DNA of 64,000 bases from Candidatus Omnitrophota bacterium (GTDB lineage Bacteria > Omnitrophota > Gorgyraeia > Tantalellales > Tantalellaceae). The notes beneath the pieces are model-generated. The model did no database searches. It saw nothing but the letters and a program-made list of their open reading frames with translations, and was not told the origin of the DNA. Below are positions 57,673-64,000 of the stretch, in pieces. Position 1 is the first letter of the stretch, and each line of letters begins with the position of its first letter. The stretch lies in NCBI GenBank assembly GCA_043813915.1, contig JBDRKO010000026.1:66236-130235 (forward strand), read 5' to 3'. The position numbers and the translations under genes are program-made.

Positions 57673-58866
57673 ATGATGAATATGGATACGAACGGAATAA
57701 AGAAACTATATGATGAATACGTGCTTTCTACCTACGTAAGGCAGGACCTTTGCCTGGTAAAGGGGAAAGGTGTATGGGTGGAAGATATTGAGGGGAAGAA
57801 ATATCTGGATCTTTTTCCGGGGTGGGCCGTGAGCGGGACAGGGCATTGTCATCCGAAGGTCGTCGAACGGATAGAGAACCAGCTAAAAAAAATAATGCAT
57901 GTATCGAATAATTTTTACAGCGAAAATCAGCCGCAGCTTGCTAAGAAAATAATAGAACATTCTTTTTCGGGAAAAGTGTTCTTTTCCAATTCGGGGGCCG
58001 AAGCGAACGAGGGAGCTATAAAATTCGCTCGGAAATACGGAAGTTCTTCTTCCAGGTATGAGATCATAACAATGGAAAAGTCTTTTCATGGACGCACTCT
58101 CGCTACTTTGACCGCTACAGGGCAGGATAAGGTCAAAAAGGGATTTGCGCCTCTGCCGGAAGGATTTAAACACGTTCCTTTTAACGATATAAAAGCGTTT
58201 TCCTCGGCGATAACGGAAAAGACAATAGCGGTAATGATAGAGCCTATACAGGGAGAAGGCGGGATCAATGTTCCCGGCAAAGCCTATATGAAAGAACTTG
58301 AACGTATATGCAGGAAAAAAGACATACTGCTCATATGTGATGAAGTCCAGACCGGGATGGGTCGGACGGGGAAAATGTTCGCGTTCAGCCATTTTGGGAT
58401 CGAACCGGACGCCATTACTCTTGCAAAGGCTCTTGGCGGCGGAATGCCTATCGGGGCATTGGTTGTAAATAAAAAACATGACGGAGTGCTTACTCCCGGA
58501 TCACATGCCACGACATTCGGGGGAAGTCCCATAGCCTGCGCGGCCGCTTTGGGGGTTTTTGACGCGATAGAGCAGGAAAAGCTTCTGGAGAATGCCGATA
58601 AAATGGGAAAATATCTTATGGAAGCGATAAAGAATATGGCTGACCCGAAAGGGCGGATAAAAGAGATCAGGGGCATAGGTCTTATGATAGGAGTGGAGCT
58701 TAATACGGAAGAAGGGACGGCGATAGCTGAAGCATGCATGAAAGAAGGGCTTCTTCTGAACTGCACACAGGGGAATGTGCTTAGGATAATGCCGCCTATA
58801 AACATTAAAAAAGAGGAAGCGGATATGGCTATCGGAAAGCTTTCTAAAGTTATGGAGCACATATGA
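57673..58866 (+). CDS. argD: Acetylornithine aminotransferase
   Basis: NSGAEANE, SFHGRT, EPIQGEGG, DEVQTG.GRTG, AKALGGG. Confidence 0.95.
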   Translation: MMNMDTNGIKKLYDEYVLSTYVRQDLCLVKGKGVWVEDIEGKKYLDLFPGWAVSGTGHCHPKVVERIENQLKKIMHVSNNFYSENQPQLAKKIIEHSFSGKVFFSNSGAEANEGAIKFARKYGSSSSRYEIITMEKSFHGRTLATLTATGQDKVKKGFAPLPEGFKHVPFNDIKAFSSAITEKTIAVMIEPIQGEGGINVPGKAYMKELERICRKKDILLICDEVQTGMGRTGKMFAFSHFGIEPDAITLAKALGGGMPIGALVVNKKHDGVLTPGSHATTFGGSPIACAAALGVFDAIEQEKLLENADKMGKYLMEAIKNMADPKGRIKEIRGIGLMIGVELNTEEGTAIAEACMKEGLLLNCTQGNVLRIMPPINIKKEEADMAIGKLSKVMEHI

Positions 58867-59777
58867 AAAAGGATCTTATTACGATAGATGATATGAGCGA
58901 AAAAGAAATATGGGATATCCTGAAACTTGCGAAAAAACTGAAAAAGGCCCCGCTTTCAAGGAAAAGCGCGTTAAAGGATAAGACCCTGGCCCTTCTCTTT
59001 CAGAAACCATCCAACAGGACAAGGATATCTTTTGAAGTTGCGATGGTACATCTGGGAGGGTATGTACTTTACCTAAGCCCTCGGGAAATAAAGATGGGGA
59101 CAAGGGAGTCCGTAAAAGACGTGGCACGCGTGATCTCACGTTATGTCGATGGTATAGTCGCGAGGGTCTTCTCTCACGATGATGTGAACGCTCTGGCCGC
59201 GTATTCGGATGTTCCGGTGATAAACGGGTTGTCTGATCTGGGGCATCCGTGTCAGGCGCTCAGCGATATCTTTACGGTGCTGGAGAAGAAAAAAACGCTT
59301 AAGAACGTAAAGGTCGCGTATGTCGGGGACGGGAACAATGTCCTGAATTCTTTACTTATGGTCTGCGCCAAAACAGGGGTGAACATGGGTATTGGGACTC
59401 CCGAAGGATACGGGCCCAAAAAAGAGATACTGGACGCGGCGATGGAAGTAGCGGCAAAAAAAGGCGGAACGATAGAATTGTCCAACGATCCTCATAAAGC
59501 CGTTAGCGGAAGTGATATAGTATACACGGACGTTTGGACCAGTATGGGACAGGAGGAAGAACGTGAAGAAAGAATGCGTATTTTCCGTGAGTTCCAGGTG
59601 AACGAAAGCCTATTGAGGTCCGCTAGGGAAGATACTCTCATAATGCATTGTCTTCCCGCTCATAGGGGAGAAGAGATAACGGATATCATAGACGGTAAAA
59701 ATTCGATAGTTTATGATCAGGCAGAGAACAGGATGCATGTGCAGAAAGCGATACTTTTAAAACTGCTTAGTAAATAG
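58863..59777 (+). CDS. argF: Ornithine carbamoyltransferase
   Basis: KPSNRTR, HPCQ, GDGNNV, TDVWTSMG, HCLPA, QAENR. Confidence 0.96.
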   Translation: MKKDLITIDDMSEKEIWDILKLAKKLKKAPLSRKSALKDKTLALLFQKPSNRTRISFEVAMVHLGGYVLYLSPREIKMGTRESVKDVARVISRYVDGIVARVFSHDDVNALAAYSDVPVINGLSDLGHPCQALSDIFTVLEKKKTLKNVKVAYVGDGNNVLNSLLMVCAKTGVNMGIGTPEGYGPKKEILDAAMEVAAKKGGTIELSNDPHKAVSGSDIVYTDVWTSMGQEEEREERMRIFREFQVNESLLRSAREDTLIMHCLPAHRGEEITDIIDGKNSIVYDQAENRMHVQKAILLKLLSK

Positions 59778-59873
59778 ATAGAGGCTAGATGGTGAACGGG
59801 TAATCGCATAGGGCACAGAGCATAGGGCATAGGGAAGATAGGGTCAGAACGACAAAGCACAAATGACAAATGA

Positions 59874-59964
59874 CCCCGCCCTTTTAAAGGGAAAAGGGCG
59901 GGGTTAATTCGGCCGTATAACTTATGTTCGTTATCACTCCATAAGTTATGGCCTCATTAAGGAG
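59874..59964 (+). promoter_or_regulatory. Two-hairpin leader element abutting the argG RBS
   Basis: 59904-59964 is identical to 61254-61314 (61 bp). Confidence 0.65.
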
Positions 59965-59970
59965 AATGTA

Positions 59971-61140
59971 ATGAAAAAGAAGATCGTACTTGCGTATTCC
60001 GGAGGTCTGGATACCTCGGTGGCCATAAAATGGCTTATGGAGAGGGAGTATGAAGTAATATGCTTTATGGGAGACGTAGGGCAAGGCGCCGATACGGAAA
60101 AAGCGCGCAAGCGGGCTTTGAAAATAGGGGCATCTAAGTGTAAAGTTGCCGACCTTAAAGAGAAATTCCTGAAAGAATACGCGTTCCAGGCGTTGAAGAC
60201 AGGGGCTAAATATCAGGGAAAGTATAATCTCGCGACGGCATTATCCCGTCCGATCATTGCCGAAGCTATGTCGGACTTCGCAAAGAAAGAGAAAGCGTCC
60301 GCTGTGGCTCACGGATGTACGGGTAAAGGGAACGATCAGGTGCGGTTCGAAGCGACATTCCAGATGAAAATACCTAATGTCAAAGTGATCGCGCCTGTAA
60401 GGGAGTGGGAACTTAAAACACGCGAAGATGAGATAGATTACGCGAAAGAACACGGTATACCGATAGAGCAGACAAAAAAGAAACTTTATAGCGTTGATCT
60501 GAACCTTTGGGGTATAAGTGTGGAAGGCGGAAAACTGGAAGATCCGTGGATCGAACCCCCGCCGGATACGTTCATAACGGTGGTTCCGCCCGAGAAGGCT
60601 CCTAATAAGGCTGTATATCTCACAATATCGTTCAAGAAGGGTATACCCATAGGAATAAACGGCAGGGAGTACCCCGCGATCGAGCTGGTGAAAAAGCTCA
60701 ACAAGATCGGAGGTATACACGGAATAGGCAGAGTGGACATGGTAGAAGACAGGCTTGTCGGAATAAAGTCCCGAGAGGTGTACGAAGCTCCGGGATCGGA
60801 AATACTTTATAGCGCTCATTCCGCGCTGGAGGAACTGGTATTGGACCGGGCAACGCTTAAATATAAAAGCGCGATAGCCGCAAGGTACGCTGATCTTGTA
60901 TATAACGGTCTGTGGTTCACTCCGCTGAAAAAGGCTATAGATGCTTTTGTAGATAAGACGCAAGAGAACGTTGTCGGTGAAGTCAGGGTAAAACTTTACA
61001 AAGGCAAAGTGACCGTTTGCGGACGGAAAAGTCCGAGATCGAGGTATAAAGAAAAACTTGCAACGTACGGCGAAGGAGACATCTTCGACCAATCATTGGC
61101 GAAGGGTTTTATCGATCTCTGGGTGATGCCGTATAGATAG
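59971..61140 (+). CDS. argG: Argininosuccinate synthase
   Basis: LAYSGGLDTS, HGCTGKGNDQVRF, GIKSRE.YEAP. Confidence 0.98.
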   Translation: MKKKIVLAYSGGLDTSVAIKWLMEREYEVICFMGDVGQGADTEKARKRALKIGASKCKVADLKEKFLKEYAFQALKTGAKYQGKYNLATALSRPIIAEAMSDFAKKEKASAVAHGCTGKGNDQVRFEATFQMKIPNVKVIAPVREWELKTREDEIDYAKEHGIPIEQTKKKLYSVDLNLWGISVEGGKLEDPWIEPPPDTFITVVPPEKAPNKAVYLTISFKKGIPIGINGREYPAIELVKKLNKIGGIHGIGRVDMVEDRLVGIKSREVYEAPGSEILYSAHSALEELVLDRATLKYKSAIAARYADLVYNGLWFTPLKKAIDAFVDKTQENVVGEVRVKLYKGKVTVCGRKSPRSRYKEKLATYGEGDIFDQSLAKGFIDLWVMPYR

Positions 61141-61226
61141 TATCTAGTATTTAGTGAATAGTGAATGGTCTTAAAAAGAAGATGTAGAAAAGACTATATT
61201 TTGTGGTTAATAGACTGTTTAAAAGG

Positions 61227-61314
61227 ATCCCGCCCTTTTACAAAAGGGCGGGATTAATTCGGCCGTATAACTTATGTTCGTTATCACTCCATAAGTTATG
61301 GCCTCATTAAGGAG
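61227..61314 (+). promoter_or_regulatory. Two-hairpin leader element abutting the argH RBS
   Basis: Copy of the argG leader. Confidence 0.65.
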
Positions 61315-61319
61315 TTGTC

Positions 61320-62693
61320 ATGAATAAACTATGGGGGGGACGGTTCTCTGGAAAAGAGATCGATCCGGAAGTTATGAAGTTCACTTCCAGCTTGGATGTA
61401 GATAAAGTCCTGGCCAAGTATGATTGTCATAGCAGCAAAGTCCATGTGGATATGCTTTCAAAAAAAGGGTTTATTTCCGGAGAAGAAAAAAAGATATTAA
61501 CGGAAGCCTTGGATGAACTTGCCGCCAAGATAGAGGACGAGTCTGTGCCCTTGGAGGGGTATGAGGATATACATTCGTTCGTACAGGACTATGTTGCCCG
61601 GAAGTCTCCCGACGCCGCGAAAAAAATGCATACCGGAAGGTCGAGGAACGAACAGGTCGTCAATGACGTTCGTTTATATGTTAAGGACTCCATAAGGAAC
61701 ATAAAGGGGTTCATAAAAGAGTTCCAAAAGGAAATGGTGGGGCTTGCGGAAAGGTCCGACGGAGCGATATTGCCCGGATATACACACCTGAACCGCGCTC
61801 AGCCTGTTCTTTTTGCGCACCTCATAATGGCTTACGTAGAGATGATGGAAAGGGATATCGAAAGGCTTGATAGCGCGCTCTGCCGTACTGATATTTCCGT
61901 GATGGGATCCGGCGCGCTTGCGGGATCCGCGCTTGATATCGACCGCAAATTTGTCGCCGAAAGGTCCGGGTTCGCGGGGACATCGCCGAACAGCATAGAC
62001 GCCGTCAGCGACAGGGATTTTATCGCGGAATTCATCGGAGCTTTATGCCTGACGGGACTGCACCTTTCAAGGATATGTGAAGATCTGATATTGTACGGGA
62101 CCCCTGAATTCGGGTTTCTGCAGATAGGGGAAAAGTATTGTACAGGAAGCTCGCTCATGCCGCAGAAAAAGAATCCTGATGTGCTTGAACTTGTCAGGGG
62201 AAGGTCTTCTCAGCTTATCGGAGCGTTCACTTCCATATTCGTTCTGCTTAAAGGGCTTCCTCATTCATATAACCGAGATATGCAGGAAGATAAAAAACCT
62301 TTATTCGAATCGGTCGATAATATTTCCGGCAGCCTCCGCATAATGAAAGGCGTGATGTCCGACGTGGTATTGAACAGGGAAAACATGTTAAAAGCGCTTG
62401 AAAACGAGTTCATCTACGCGACGGATATAGCTGAATATCTTGTGCGTAAAGGGGAATCTTTCGGCAATGCCCATAACATAGTCGGAGGAATAGTCAAACA
62501 GTGTTCGGCGTCCGGGAAAAATATCTCGGATCTTTCTTTGGCGGAACTTAAAGAACATTCGGACGATCTGGAAGAAGATGTGTATGGTCTGCTTGACCCG
62601 GAGACTTCGGTTAAGAACAAAGTTACCGCGGGGAGCACGAATCCGGGATATGTCGGCAAAGAGATAGCCCGCTGGCAGAAGAAACTTAAGTGA
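61320..62693 (+). CDS. argH: Argininosuccinate lyase
   Basis: LWGGRF, HTGRSRN, PGYTH, GSSLMPQKKNPD, YNRD.QEDK. Confidence 0.97.
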   Translation: MNKLWGGRFSGKEIDPEVMKFTSSLDVDKVLAKYDCHSSKVHVDMLSKKGFISGEEKKILTEALDELAAKIEDESVPLEGYEDIHSFVQDYVARKSPDAAKKMHTGRSRNEQVVNDVRLYVKDSIRNIKGFIKEFQKEMVGLAERSDGAILPGYTHLNRAQPVLFAHLIMAYVEMMERDIERLDSALCRTDISVMGSGALAGSALDIDRKFVAERSGFAGTSPNSIDAVSDRDFIAEFIGALCLTGLHLSRICEDLILYGTPEFGFLQIGEKYCTGSSLMPQKKNPDVLELVRGRSSQLIGAFTSIFVLLKGLPHSYNRDMQEDKKPLFESVDNISGSLRIMKGVMSDVVLNRENMLKALENEFIYATDIAEYLVRKGESFGNAHNIVGGIVKQCSASGKNISDLSLAELKEHSDDLEEDVYGLLDPETSVKNKVTAGSTNPGYVGKEIARWQKKLK

Positions 62694-62729
62694 GCTGTTG
62701 AAAAGTTCATTGAGCAAAGGGAGAATGAC

Positions 62730-63980
62730 ATGCATGAGTTCAGCTACAATAACGGAACACTTTTTTGCGAAGATATTCCCGTGACAGAAATCGTCAAGGA
62801 ACATCAGACGCCGTTCTATCTGTACAGTTACAAGACCATAATAGCGCATTTTAATAAGATAAAGGAGGCGTTCAGGGAAGTCGATCCGCTTATATGTTTT
62901 TCTATGAAATCAAACTCTAATCTTAGCATATGCAAAGCGCTGGTGGACGAAGGGGCCGGACTGGATATAGTCTCGGGCGGAGAGCTTTTTAAAGCATTGA
63001 AGGTCGGATGTCCTCCGGAGCGTATAGTCTACGCCAGCGTCGGGAAGACGGAGAAAGAGGTCAGAGCAGCGGTCCGGAAAGGGATATTGTTCTTTAACGT
63101 AGAATCCCTGCCGGAACTTATTATGATAGATACGATAGCCGGTAAGCTTAAAAAAAAGATAAAGGTAGCGCTGCGTATAAATCCGGATGTAAAAGCGGAT
63201 ACTCATGATTATATAACCACCGGAACCAAAGAAAAAAAGTTCGGGATAGATTTTAAGACAGCGGAGGATATCTTCGATAACGCTAATAAATATCCGCACG
63301 TTATGCTTAAAGGTATACATGTGCATATCGGTTCACAGATAACCGATATAACGCCTTTTGTCACCTCCTTAAAAAAAGTGATGAAATTCATCGAGGAAGG
63401 GAATATAGCAATAGAGTGGCTTAATATAGGCGGTGGGTTCGGGATAGTCTATAATGAGGAAAAAACCACTACCGCGCAGGAATTTGCCAAGGCTATATTG
63501 CCTTTGGTGAGAGATAAGGGTCTGAAACTTATTTTAGAGCCAGGACGTTTTATAGTGGGGAACGCGGGTATTCTTGTGAGCAAGGTCATTTATGTGAAAA
63601 CAGGATCTACCGGGAAGAAATTCGCTATAATGGATGCCGGGATGAACGACCTCATAAGACCCAGTCTTTATGAGGCATATCATGAAATAAAACCGATCGT
63701 GCGGAGAGAGGCGGAAGAAATAGTATATGATGTTGTAGGACCCATATGCGAGAGCGGTGATTATCTGGCTCTTGACAGGAAGATGCCTGAACTCGTTCCG
63801 GGAGAATATGTAGCGGTAATGAGCACCGGGGCATACGGGTTTACGATGGCTTCCAACTATAATTCCCGTCCCAGACCGGCGGAACTTTTGGCGGTGAACG
63901 GGAGCGTAAAGGTCGTACGTAAAGCGGAGACGTACAGAGACCTTATCCGAGGGGAAAGGATATTAAAGGAATTTAAGTGA
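62730..63980 (+). CDS. lysA: Diaminopimelate decarboxylase
   Basis: TPFYLY, KSNSN, DIVSGGE, HVHIGSQ, EPGR, GPICESGD, SNYNSRPR. Confidence 0.97.
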   Translation: MHEFSYNNGTLFCEDIPVTEIVKEHQTPFYLYSYKTIIAHFNKIKEAFREVDPLICFSMKSNSNLSICKALVDEGAGLDIVSGGELFKALKVGCPPERIVYASVGKTEKEVRAAVRKGILFFNVESLPELIMIDTIAGKLKKKIKVALRINPDVKADTHDYITTGTKEKKFGIDFKTAEDIFDNANKYPHVMLKGIHVHIGSQITDITPFVTSLKKVMKFIEEGNIAIEWLNIGGGFGIVYNEEKTTTAQEFAKAILPLVRDKGLKLILEPGRFIVGNAGILVSKVIYVKTGSTGKKFAIMDAGMNDLIRPSLYEAYHEIKPIVRREAEEIVYDVVGPICESGDYLALDRKMPELVPGEYVAVMSTGAYGFTMASNYNSRPRPAELLAVNGSVKVVRKAETYRDLIRGERILKEFK

Positions 63981-64000
63981 TGAAAACGAAATACAATATC
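63980..64000 (+). CDS. Probable start of the next gene, truncated by the window edge
   Basis: ATG overlapping the lysA TGA (TGATG); only 7 codons visible. Confidence 0.35.

Noticed and set aside
59916-59949. loxP-like ATAACTT...AAGTTAT inverted repeat
   Set aside because: Spacer length differs among copies, arms diverge from loxP and no recombinase is nearby; better explained as a hairpin.

Overview
Bacterial chromosomal segment (~45% GC, almost all genes on +). Taxon is not determinable here; it looks like an uncultured diderm anaerobe, possibly PVC/Omnitrophota-like (inference). Bases 1-28.8 kb are a cell-envelope glycan/LPS locus. It opens with a divergent RtcB-family gene and contains an FkbH/ACP/GNAT/MaoC-KR acyl cassette, several GT-C, GT2, GT4 and GT9 transferases, wecB, a WcaJ-like transferase and gmhB. 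Bases 29-64 kb are housekeeping: udg, priA, fmt, an OprO/P porin, gap-pgk-tpiA-secG, a peptide ABC transporter, leuCDB-asd-truA, rplM-rpsI, argCJBDFGH and lysA. The most unusual signal is non-coding. Nearly every intergenic region is a mosaic of 7-9-nt inverted tandem arrays, several REP families and 23-25-nt hairpin modules that sit nested inside each other directly 3' of GCTC without target duplication. Some repeats have entered coding sequence in frame or supply start codons. Other highlights are a covarying two-hairpin leader fused to the RBS of leuC, argG and argH, the RtcB paralogue lacking a metal ligand, and a secreted trypsin-fold protein with a Cys nucleophile (GDCG). All calls come from reading the sequence; no searches were run.
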